Assembly (NCBI GenBank): GCA_030018605.1
Contig: JASEHP010000001.1
Location: 1-36,459, forward strand
Reading direction: 5' to 3'
Length of the DNA: 36,459 nt
Source: Thermodesulfovibrionales bacterium
GTDB taxonomy: Bacteria; Nitrospirota; Thermodesulfovibrionia; Thermodesulfovibrionales; UBA1546
Below the pieces are notes generated by a model. The model had not been told where the DNA came from and did not search any database. It saw only the letters and a list, made by a program, of their open reading frames with translations. Below are positions 1 through 8,500 of this stretch, one piece after another; the first letter of the stretch is position 1, and the number at the start of each line of letters is the position of its first letter. A program made the translations under genes and the position numbers.

Positions 1-473
1 GCCAATGGCACAAGAGAGAGAACATTGTACAGTACCTGCCTAAGAAGATGCAGAGCGAGTTCAGGAAGAAACTTCAGGCTGCCTATGAGAAAGAAGACTA
101 CGACAAAGCAAAGACAGCGCTGCTGGGTATCAAGAAGGAACTGCGCCTGATAAATGAATCAGCGGTTGCAAGCATGGAAGAGGGGTTTGAAGAGAGCCTG
201 ACTGTTCTCAGGCTCGGGCTGCCCAGAGAACTCAGGCGGAGCCTTAAGACAACAAACATCATTGAATCAGTGCTTGCACTTGTGGGACAGAAAACGGACA
301 AAGTGGATTATTGGAAAAACAGTGACCAAAAACAGCGCTGGGTGGCTACTGCATTACTGGACATTGAGCCGAGGCTTAACCGTGTATGTGGATACCGATA
401 TCTTAAGAACCTGAAAAATGCATTGCAGAGAGAAATCTTACAAGGAAAAAGAAAGGAGGCAGTGGCTGCCTGA
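1..473 (+). mobile_element. IS256-family (Mutator-type) transposase, 3' part only; the gene enters from beyond the left window edge
   Basis: The frame is open from nt 3 (QWHKRENIVQYLPKK...) and continues into ...SLKTTNIIESV.... This matches my recollection of the IS256-family C-terminal motifs (C-x-H-K-x-RN ... TN-x-IES). Stop at 471-473. About 50 bp of presumed IS end follow before the next gene fragment. Confidence 0.8.
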
Positions 474-505
474 CATGCAGCACAGGGGCCATTACAGAAT
501 TTCAA

Positions 506-1009
506 CTAACAATGGGATTGACACCACTCATGACGGGAACCATCCTGATGCAGCATCATGCCGATATATGGAGCCCGTGGCCGCTGCTTTCTGTGAGTTC
601 CCTTTCGAGAAGCTTTCTGTACAAGCCCTTTGGACTGAAGTGTCTTTTTTACCCATGTGTAACTCCTCATGCCACTGTGTGCCCTGCGATACCAACTATA
701 GAAATGTTTGGCGGTAAATCCCCTATATCTACGACTATACAGATCAGTTAAGGCAATGACTTCGTCAACCGGCGCACTGCGGTGCGATACCTGCCCCAGA
801 CGCCTGTCTGCAAGACCCCGCATCCCTTCTTCCTCATACCGAATCAGATAGCGCCGAAACGTCCTGTCACATACACCAAGCAGCCTTGCTGCCTCTTCCT
901 GCGTCAATCGCCCTCTATTCCATCCGTCATATGCTTCTTCAAATCTCATCTTCCGTACCTCCTGCAGTATCTCTGCCCTCTTCATGGATAGCTCCTCCTT
1001 GCTATCCAA
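506..1009 (-). pseudogene. ISNCY/IS1202-type transposase, N-terminal fragment truncated by the IS256-type element
   Basis: There is an N-terminal HTH region (RLTQEEAARLLGVCDRTFRRYLIRYEEEGMRGLADRR). Homology stops right at the start of the DDE/rve core (GMMLHQDGSRHEW). The last 5 codons (CQSHC) and the stop appear to be read-through into the neighbouring IS end. At 167 aa it is far shorter than a full transposase of this type. Confidence 0.7.
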
Positions 1010-1044
1010 TCTTAAACCGGACAGTTTATGTGTTCTCTACAACA

Positions 1045-1347
1045 TACTGCGCTGAGGGAATGCCAGCGATAGATATTGTATATAATAAATACAAAGAAAG
1101 AGGAGTCATTATTCTTGCTGTAAATGTAGGTCAGCCAAAGGATGTGGCAGAGGCATTTGTAAAGAATCTTAGGATATCTTATCCTGTTCTTCTGGATACC
1201 TACTCTATTGCCGCGAAGCAATACGGCGTTGTGAGGTTGCCCACCACCTTTATCCTTGACAGAAAAGGCGTTATAAGGGAAAAGATACTGGGCGAGGCTG
1301 AGAGAGATTCATTTGAAAAGATGGTGGTAAATCTTCTATCTTTTTGA
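1045..1347 (+). pseudogene. TlpA/ResA-like periplasmic thiol:disulfide oxidoreductase, C-terminal fragment (N-terminus and CXXC lost)
   Basis: YCAEGMPAIDIVYNKYKERGVIILAVNVG...YPVLLD...YGVVRLPTTFILDRKGVI is the typical thioredoxin-fold TlpA/ResA core starting inside the WCxPC motif. The upstream part of tracked ORF 886..1347 overlaps the antisense IS transposase 5' end and has no thioredoxin similarity. Confidence 0.7.
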
Positions 1348-1360
1348 TGAGACAATTCGC

Positions 1361-1417
1361 ATCTCGTCTAACCCTGAATATATTCTTACTGTCTCAGGAA
1401 TGGGATACAGAGTTTAG
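1361..1417 (+). pseudogene. Relic of the 3' end of an OmpR-family response-regulator gene
   Basis: It translates to ISSNPEYILTVSGMGYRV*. This matches the C-terminus of the intact regulator in this window (PEYILTVSGAGYKFRQ*). The nucleotide differences are mostly at synonymous positions. No upstream body of the gene is present. Confidence 0.5.
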
Positions 1418-1425
1418 GAGTAGAC

Positions 1426-1692
1426 CTAAGAAGCGCCTGCGCCTTCTTCGGAAGCGTTCACATCCGCCCCTTCGAGGCTGTAATAAGAAAGATAGACTCC
1501 GCGCGCGCCTTCCACATCTTTGAGCGTATCGAGCTCCTTCTTCATTTCGGCAGGGGTGTCCCGCTCTATAAGGAAAACGACCTTTTCCTCCTTGAGGTCT
1601 GTTACCTCTATCTTCCTTTTCTTCAGGTCGTTTACGACTACCTCCACATGTCCCTCGTCATGTGCCTCAATATAACCGCTTGCTACAAGCAT
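1426..1692 (-). CDS. napD: NapD-like TAT-proofreading chaperone
   Basis: 88 aa, with a NapD-like pattern (hydrophobic N-terminal strand, VEV, ...VVFLIE..., ...LKDVEGARGVYLSYYS). It is the last gene after napG and napH. Confidence 0.7.
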   Translation of the reverse strand: MLVASGYIEAHDEGHVEVVVNDLKKRKIEVTDLKEEKVVFLIERDTPAEMKKELDTLKDVEGARGVYLSYYSLEGADVNASEEGAGAS

Positions 1693-1712
1693 GGATTACC
1701 TCCCCGTAATTT

Positions 1713-1740
1713 GAGTTATGAGTGATGAGTTTTGAGTTCA
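1713..1740. repeat. Tandem heptamer array GAGTTAT GAGTGAT GAGTTTT GAGTTCA (4 units)
   Basis: Read directly in the napH-napD intergenic spacer, just upstream of the napD ribosome-binding site (on the minus strand). Confidence 0.9.
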
Positions 1741-1774
1741 CCCATCAATTAAAAAATCTATAACTAACCGCCAG

Positions 1775-2635
1775 TTATTTAAGTGATAACTTTACCAGTT
1801 TCCCTTTTGTCTCACAGCCCTCTGCACACCTGCCGCAGTAGATGCAGTTTATATCTCTGAGTCCGGGTTGGTCAATGTGTCGGGCTATTTTCACGTTCAT
1901 ATAACATAATCTATCACAGAGGTTGCACTCGCCGCACTCTCCCGGGTAGTATTTGAGTTTAAGGAGACTTACCTTATTAAACAATCCGTAAGTCTTTCCA
2001 ACAGGGCATAATACCCTGCACCATGTCCTCGGGAATATGTATTCAAAGACAAGCAGAAAGACTATAACCCCGCCTGAATATACAAGCACCGAAGGCTCAA
2101 ACGGCAGATTAAGGGCAAGAAAAACACCGCCTGTAATGAATCTAAAAAAGTTTGTGAGATGAGAGATATAGTTTGTAAAGAACGGGATGCCTAACAGTCC
2201 TGAAACAACAAGCAGTCCGGCTGCTATCCCATAACCAATCTTTGGTGATGCCTTGACCTTTACCTTTGACCAGTTTTTGAATCCGTCCACAATCTCAAAA
2301 AGGAAATCCATGGGGCATACCCAGCCGCAGAATGCCCTGCCGAATATGAGATAAATGCCAATGATTGGAACAACTGCGATTAGGGTTGTAGTTGTAAAAT
2401 CCTTTGATGCTGCCAGACTCTCAAAATAAGCAAATACATCAATGAGCTTTACAAACCATCTCGCCAGAGAACCTGAGAGTCCGCCAACCAGCGCCTTTAC
2501 ACGAAAAAACTGCAACAAAAAGAATATTAGGACGCTGAACATCACAAAACGCCTGAGATTGGATAGCTTCAGTAATGAGTTCGGAGTTCGGAGTTCGGAG
2601 TTTAGTGTCTCTTTATCTTTTAACTCATAACTCAT
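1775..2635 (-). CDS. napH: NapH-type membrane-bound polyferredoxin (quinol dehydrogenase membrane subunit)
   Basis: Several TM helices, two CX3CP motifs (CGWVCP, CRVLCP), and two C-terminal CX2CX2CX3C clusters (CGECNLCDRLC, CIYCGRCAEGC). The ATG at 2635 has AGGAG 9 nt upstream and follows the napG stop. The tracked GTG at 2671 is an alternative start. Confidence 0.85.
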   Translation of the reverse strand: MSYELKDKETLNSELRTPNSLLKLSNLRRFVMFSVLIFFLLQFFRVKALVGGLSGSLARWFVKLIDVFAYFESLAASKDFTTTTLIAVVPIIGIYLIFGRAFCGWVCPMDFLFEIVDGFKNWSKVKVKASPKIGYGIAAGLLVVSGLLGIPFFTNYISHLTNFFRFITGGVFLALNLPFEPSVLVYSGGVIVFLLVFEYIFPRTWCRVLCPVGKTYGLFNKVSLLKLKYYPGECGECNLCDRLCYMNVKIARHIDQPGLRDINCIYCGRCAEGCETKGKLVKLSLK

Positions 2636-2649
2636 AACTCTTGACTCCT
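2577..2649. repeat. Two heptamer arrays in inverted orientation: (GAGTTCG)x3 + GAGTTTA, a 17-nt spacer, then (AACTCAT)x2 AACTCTT GACTCCT
   Basis: Read directly. The arrays lie at the napG/napH junction, in the first ~20 codons of napH, and encode MSYEL...SELRTPNS. Confidence 0.9.
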
Positions 2650-2657
2650 GACTGTCT

Positions 2658-3428
2658 TTAACGGTATTCACGTTCTACCAATCTCCCCTTTGCCATAATC
2701 TGGGGCAGATTCTGTCCGTAAACAATGTTGTATCTCTCCTCGTTGGACATTGCAAGCAGTCTCTTAAACTCATCCACATATGGCGTTTTAACTTTCTCAT
2801 ACTGTCTTTCGGTAATCACCTTTATAGCAGAACCGCCGAGCGGGCAGTATTTGACACAGAGGCCGCAGCCGACGCAGTTTTCATTTATATACGGCTGGTT
2901 GCCCCATTCGCCGTTGTAAAAATCAAAGATATTTGCGCCCATAGGACATGCCTTGCTGCATGAAAGACAGACATCGCCGTTCCAGCCAAAACAGAGGCCG
3001 AAATCAATAAGCGCCATTCCCATTGTAACTTTCTCTTTTTTGAGGTTTTTCAGAGCGTCTGTTGGACAATGCTTGGGACACTCCATGCACAGTTCACAAG
3101 GGAAATCCCTCATGTCCTTGATATACGGCGTGCCGAAGTTTCTTATGTCTTTGATTCCGGCAACTGCAATGGCGTCGTATTTCATCGTATGGCATACATT
3201 CACGCACACGCCGCAGCTTATGCACTTTGCCCTGAACTCTTTTTCAGGCAAAGCGCCCGGCGGCCTTATAATGCCGCCGACCTCTATATTCGGAAGAGGA
3301 CCCTCGAATTCTTCCTTAGCTGCGTAAGCATTCCTTTCCAAAAGATAAAAAGGGCTGCCTATTACAGCAGCGCTGCCTGTTATCAGCGATGCCTTCAAAA
3401 AATCTCTTCTGGTGAAATGATTCTGCAC
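2658..3428 (-). CDS. napG: NapG-type periplasmic ferredoxin with four [4Fe-4S] motifs (TAT-exported)
   Basis: Twin-arginine signal (TRRDFLKASLITGSAA) and four Cys clusters: CISCGVCVNVC, CELCMECPKHCP, CLSCSKACP, CVGCGLCVKYCP. Directly upstream of napH. Confidence 0.85.
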   Translation of the reverse strand: MQNHFTRRDFLKASLITGSAAVIGSPFYLLERNAYAAKEEFEGPLPNIEVGGIIRPPGALPEKEFRAKCISCGVCVNVCHTMKYDAIAVAGIKDIRNFGTPYIKDMRDFPCELCMECPKHCPTDALKNLKKEKVTMGMALIDFGLCFGWNGDVCLSCSKACPMGANIFDFYNGEWGNQPYINENCVGCGLCVKYCPLGGSAIKVITERQYEKVKTPYVDEFKRLLAMSNEERYNIVYGQNLPQIMAKGRLVEREYR

Positions 3429-3443
3429 AGCCCTTACAGCGCT

Positions 3444-4382
3444 TTATTTTTTCTCAGGGGCAGCGCTGCCTTTTGCCTTATCTTTCCCGCTGTCCTTTAT
3501 GCCCTTTGAGGCAAGGTATTTGTCCACTTCCGCCTTGTTAATTTTAACCTTGTACATCTTTTTTATATCCTGCAGATATTTGTCTAATATCTCCTTCTGC
3601 TTCTCCTGCAGCAGAACCCTTCTAATATCTTCCTTTATATTGTTGATGTCAACATTTTTGCCTTTTTTCCTGTCAGTAACCTTGATAATGTGATAGCCGA
3701 ATTCGGTCTTGACAGGCTGGCTTACATCGCCCTTCTTCAATGCCCTGATGGCATTGTTGAACTCAGGCGGCATTTTGCCATCCTCGAAGGAGCCGAGATC
3801 GCCGCCGAGCGCTGCACTCTGTTTGTCTTCAGACAGCTCTTTTGCCACCTTTGCAAAATCCTCACCTTTTTTAATCCGCTCATGCGCCTTCTTTATAGTC
3901 GCCTCGGATTTGGTCATGATATGGCTCAACCGGATTTGTTCGGGAGATGCTAACTCGCCCATATTCTTCTTGTAATACTCTTTTATCTCGCTGTCGGAAA
4001 CCTTAACCTTCTGCGACAGCTCTTTTTCGAGAAGCATCTGTATTATGGTGATCTTTTTATAGTATTCGAGCTTTTTCTGAAGGGCGCTGTCCTTGTCTAT
4101 GCCTTTTTTTACGGCCTCCTGGTGCAGGGCTTCCTTGTTTGCCATGTCCTCGAGGAAACGCATAAACTGGTTGGAATCCTGCAAAAATGCCTCCCGTACA
4201 TCCTCCGGCATACTCTGAAGCTCTTTCTCAATATCATCTTTGGTTATGCCGATTTCATTCAGTTTGACCAGCGCTGTCCCGGTTTGCTTGCCGGGGTCAG
4301 CCTTCTTTGGCTGCTCGCCTTCCTTTTTGGCGCATGAAGCTATAAGCAAAAGACTAACAAAAAACAATAAAAACTTTTTCAT
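3444..4382 (-). CDS. Parvulin-type peptidyl-prolyl cis-trans isomerase lipoprotein (PrsA/SurA/PpiD-like)
   Basis: Lipobox (LLLIASC), a long helical chaperone-like region, then a parvulin core (RLSHIM...GGDLGSF...FGYHIIKV). Confidence 0.85.
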   Translation of the reverse strand: MKKFLLFFVSLLLIASCAKKEGEQPKKADPGKQTGTALVKLNEIGITKDDIEKELQSMPEDVREAFLQDSNQFMRFLEDMANKEALHQEAVKKGIDKDSALQKKLEYYKKITIIQMLLEKELSQKVKVSDSEIKEYYKKNMGELASPEQIRLSHIMTKSEATIKKAHERIKKGEDFAKVAKELSEDKQSAALGGDLGSFEDGKMPPEFNNAIRALKKGDVSQPVKTEFGYHIIKVTDRKKGKNVDINNIKEDIRRVLLQEKQKEILDKYLQDIKKMYKVKINKAEVDKYLASKGIKDSGKDKAKGSAAPEKK

Positions 4383-4513
4383 CCATCCTCCTGTTTAATT
4401 TTTTTGTTCTTCAGGCCATTAAAACCACATATTATATTATAACCCATTGAAGTTATCTAAACAAATCAGCTATTGCATCAATCCGTCTCCTGTTGAGTTT
4501 TTATCCATCAAGC

Positions 4514-5458
4514 TTACTCTTCTGCTGTCTTCAGACGAATGGCGTCATAATGCAGCCCCTGTTCTTCGTAAAGTACAGACAGAGCCGCTCTGATTAGTTT
4601 TGCCTCTTTGCTGGCAGGACCCTTAATCTCATCAATAATTGCAAGCGCCTTTCTGTAATACATTTCGCTCTCTATATATTTCTTCTGTGTATGATAATTG
4701 GCGGCAATGCCAATCAATGTCTTTACATAATCAATATGCGCGATGCCAACGGCATTCTCTATGATATGCATTGCTCTTTTATAATACTGCTCTGCCTCTT
4801 CAAACATCTTCATAGTCCTGTGCATCCCAGCAAACAAATACAGCGCTTCTGCCATCTCTGCGCCGTATGGATTGCCATGCGACTCAAGCATCTGTATAAC
4901 CGCTTTAAGCGATAGTTCCGCTTCTCTGAACATGGCCCTGATAATATATAGTTCTGCGCGATGAATTAAAATATCTGCAACTCCGGGATATTTTATGCTC
5001 TCGCGGTTCAGCGCCATAGGATCTAACCCTTTTATGGCAAATGCTTTCATCAGCACAGTCTCTGCCTGCCTGAATAATTTGTCCGCCTTTGTGTATTGCC
5101 GTAATCCCATATAAATCCTCGCCTGCAAAGCATATGCAAGGGCGGCATTCAGATGAACATCTCCGAAATCCTGCGTTGCTGTTTCCAATGCCTTTGTAGA
5201 AGTCTCAAGGGCGCAGGCAAGTTTGCCTGCTTTGCGCAGAGCCTCAGCGGTCTCATATAACTTCTTCCAGTTATCAACCTTTGCCTGCCCAATATCTTCC
5301 GGCGCAGGAGCAGGATTTCCACCTGCAAGATATACCCCGCAGGCAACTGCCTCTATAGGATCTTTCTCCTGATTTACAGGTGAGGGTACTTCTCCTGCAT
5401 AAACTGTATTGCCAAACAAAACAAATAACAACCCCACCAAAATCCCTGAAAATCTCAC
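4514..5458 (-). CDS. Secreted TPR-repeat protein
   Basis: N-terminal signal peptide (ILVGLLFVLFGNTVYA). Repeated A/Y/L-rich 34-residue-like helical repeats (e.g. ...EAEQYYKRAMHI..., ...ESEMYYRKALAI...). Confidence 0.75.
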   Translation of the reverse strand: MRFSGILVGLLFVLFGNTVYAGEVPSPVNQEKDPIEAVACGVYLAGGNPAPAPEDIGQAKVDNWKKLYETAEALRKAGKLACALETSTKALETATQDFGDVHLNAALAYALQARIYMGLRQYTKADKLFRQAETVLMKAFAIKGLDPMALNRESIKYPGVADILIHRAELYIIRAMFREAELSLKAVIQMLESHGNPYGAEMAEALYLFAGMHRTMKMFEEAEQYYKRAMHIIENAVGIAHIDYVKTLIGIAANYHTQKKYIESEMYYRKALAIIDEIKGPASKEAKLIRAALSVLYEEQGLHYDAIRLKTAEE

Positions 5459-5542
5459 ATCAAACCTCCTGCGGTTCTATCTTGCATTGCCTCGGCTATC
5501 CGTCAGCAAAAGCTACGTATTTTATCACACCCGGAGTTAAAC

Positions 5543-5579
5543 ACAAATAAAAGGGGACACGCAAAAACCGTGTCCCCTT
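5543..5579 (-). terminator. Rho-independent terminator downstream of the NapA-like gene
   Basis: Perfect 11-bp stem AAGGGGACACG / CGTGTCCCCTT with a 7-nt loop, followed on the minus strand by TTATTTGTGT. It sits 20 nt after the stop codon. Confidence 0.8.
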
Positions 5580-5598
5580 ATTATGTCATACACTACGG

Positions 5599-8500
5599 CT
5601 ATACAACAATCTTTCCGGGCTCCGCCTGTCTGCCCTTTGTTTTTCCCTTGTATATCTTTACTGCAAACATCTTGAAGTCTGCCTGGAAGCTGAACGGATC
5701 AAAGGCATCCCTCATTATCATGTTGATGAGCTTGAACTCGTCAAACCACGGGATAAAGACATAGTCATGTCTCGGACCGCCGGTCGCTTTCTGGACATCA
5801 AGTATCTTAGCCGGAAGCTCTATCTTACCTCTCGGCGATTCAACGATAACCGAATCACCATTCTTAATATTGAGCTTCTTAGCAAGTATCTCGTTGATCT
5901 CGACATAAGCGCCGGGAACTGCGCGTGTCAGTTCAGGAACCCTTGCGGTCATGGAGCCTGAGTGCCAGTGCTCAACAACACGGCCTGTACATGCGCCGTA
6001 TTTGTAATCGGTGGTGTCAATGATCAGAAGCTTGCTTCCGTCAGCCTTTGTGTATTCATGCTTAAGGTTATGGAATTCAGCAGGGCTTAATGCTATGTTC
6101 TTCAGGGCATTCATGTCCTTGTTCGGATCTCCGACAACATTGACAGTGTATTTTGCCTTCACATCAAAGGGTAGTGCGCTATTCTCATTTACCTTGCTGG
6201 GATTAAAGGCCCTCTCAAGAACCTCAACGGTATTATGCCTTACAAACTGTTTGCCGTCGAACTTGCATGCCCACCATGGGTTTGCCCATGCTACAGCCCT
6301 GCCGTCCCAGCCCGGAGCCTTTCTGGTTTTTCCGTCCGGAGTCTTGATATCTACCATGCCGTTGATAAAGGCATTAGAGTTGTAGAAGCTTGCATACCAT
6401 CCGGAAGGAAGGTTTTCCGCCCTGTGGTATTCCGCATCATTCTTCATGTCATTGATGTTTTTCTCAAGCCATGAGCCATAGACCGGATTAAACTCCTTCA
6501 TATTCTTCATATAGAAGGCGGTCTTACCGTCTATATGCGGGTCATATGGATAGGCATATTGTATGCTGGAGACGTACTTGTCGTATCTCTTCTTTACATC
6601 GGCATTGGTGTGATACTCTGCGGGCAGGGGAATCCTGTAGCCGTGGTTCTGCTCAAGGAGCATCTTCCTGTTCATACCGCTAAAGTCATAGCCTGTGCCC
6701 TTGGAGAGGGCCATGAGTTCTTCCCAAATGTTGGTGGAGAACTTTCTGTTCCAGTCCTTTGTTTTGCCTGCCTCAATAGTCTTTTTGAGCCAGTCTGCGC
6801 CGTCGTATTCCGCCGGCCAGAACATGGAGACATGCCCTTTAGGGACGAGTCCCTTTTCCTCAAGCCTTCTCATGATACATGCAAAGATGGTGTGGTCAGG
6901 GAGTGTATCTCCATAAGGCTCAATGACCTGTTTGACAATCTGATACCTTCTCTCAAGGTTTCCGTATATGAATTCCTTTTCATACCATGAGGATGCGCCG
7001 AGCACCACATCAGAAACCATTGTGGTTGCATTCGGGAATGCCTCAAGGGTTACGGTAAGCGGCCATGCCGCTCCTTTGTGAGCGCCTGCCATTGCAAGCC
7101 TGTAGGGCCATGAATATGGAAGGCTCTGCCCGGAGTTAACCGTGGAGTTTATCATTATCTTTATCTGTCCTGCTCCAAGCCTTCTGAACATCTCAACTGT
7201 ATGGGGACCGGGCTTGTCGTGGATCTTGATTTTATCAAGTTCAGCTTTTATTGCTTCTGCTGACATGCCTTTCTTCTTCAAATAAGCTTCAGCCCTGCCT
7301 TTCCATATACCTTCAACTGCTGCCCTGTGCAGAGGATTAGCAACAAGCCTTCCATAAGGAAGCGCATGGCACAATGCTCCCGGCGCCCTGATTCCGCCGC
7401 AGGCATTGGGCTGTCCTGTAAAGCTGAAGGAATGCCTTCCGGGTTTTACTGTCTGTCCTGTGATAAGGTTGATCATGTGTAAAGAGGCGTTTGTCCATGT
7501 TCCTTGAAGCTTCTGATTAACGCCCATACACCATGCAGACAGTGTGTATCCTTCAGCATACCATTTAGCAGCAAGCCTCACTGCATCTGGCCCGCTAATC
7601 TTCTTCCATGTCCTTGTTGCTTTGTCATAGAGGAGAGGGGATTCACCCTCAAATATCGCATCGGAGACCTTTTCAGGTTTGTAGTCTTCAAGGAACTTCA
7701 GGAATACGGCAAAACCCTTGTAGAGGTCTTTCATTACATCTTCCTCTGAGGCATATTTGTTTTTCAGGTTTGGATAAGTCTTTCTCGGCTCTGCTGAATA
7801 TGTCAAATCCCAGGCTGCGTCCCTCGTGCCGCCATATGTGGTCTTTACCCATGTCTTCTTCACATCCTCGTGTATTCCAAAGCTTACATGTCTTTCAATG
7901 AACTTCTTGTCAAGGTATTTCCACTTTGCATCAACTGTGCCTTTCTCCACATCATACTTTGCGCCGTCAAGCTCATGGGTAATAACATACGCTATTGAGT
8001 TGAGAAGCACGAGGTCCCTGCCTGTTGCAAACGGAAGCCATAAATCGGCAATTGTTCCGGAACGGGTCTTTCTCGGGTCAGCGAGGATTACCTTTACATT
8101 TGGTTTTTTTGCCTTCAATGCTGCAATCCTGTTGAAGATTATGGGATGTCCTTCTGCTGTGTTACTTCCTATCAGGAAGAATGTATCGGCAGTTTTGCCA
8201 AAATCAGGGTCTGGAACATCAATATCGTCAAGGCTTCCGTAAGGCTCGTCTTTTCCAAATGTATAAAGATAGCCCACGACTGCGGATGCCATACACATTC
8301 TCGGCTGCCCTTCTACCGCGTTATTTGCAAGCATGCCGCCGCCCTTGAGGGTTTTATTCATAATGTGGGTCTCTTCCGTTCCTGCCTGACCGCTGCCGTA
8401 ATATGCAACACTGTGTTTGCCGTTTTCTTTGACTGTCTTTTCCACTGCATCAGCCACAAACTCTATGGCATCTTCCCACGGTATGAGAACAAAATTCTCT

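Noticed and set aside
886-1044. N-terminal 53 codons of tracked ORF 886..1347
   Set aside because: Thioredoxin-fold similarity begins only at about 1045. The upstream part overlaps the antisense 5' end of the ISNCY-type transposase gene and looks like read-through of IS sequence. It is not a real N-terminus, and no signal peptide or CXXC is present.
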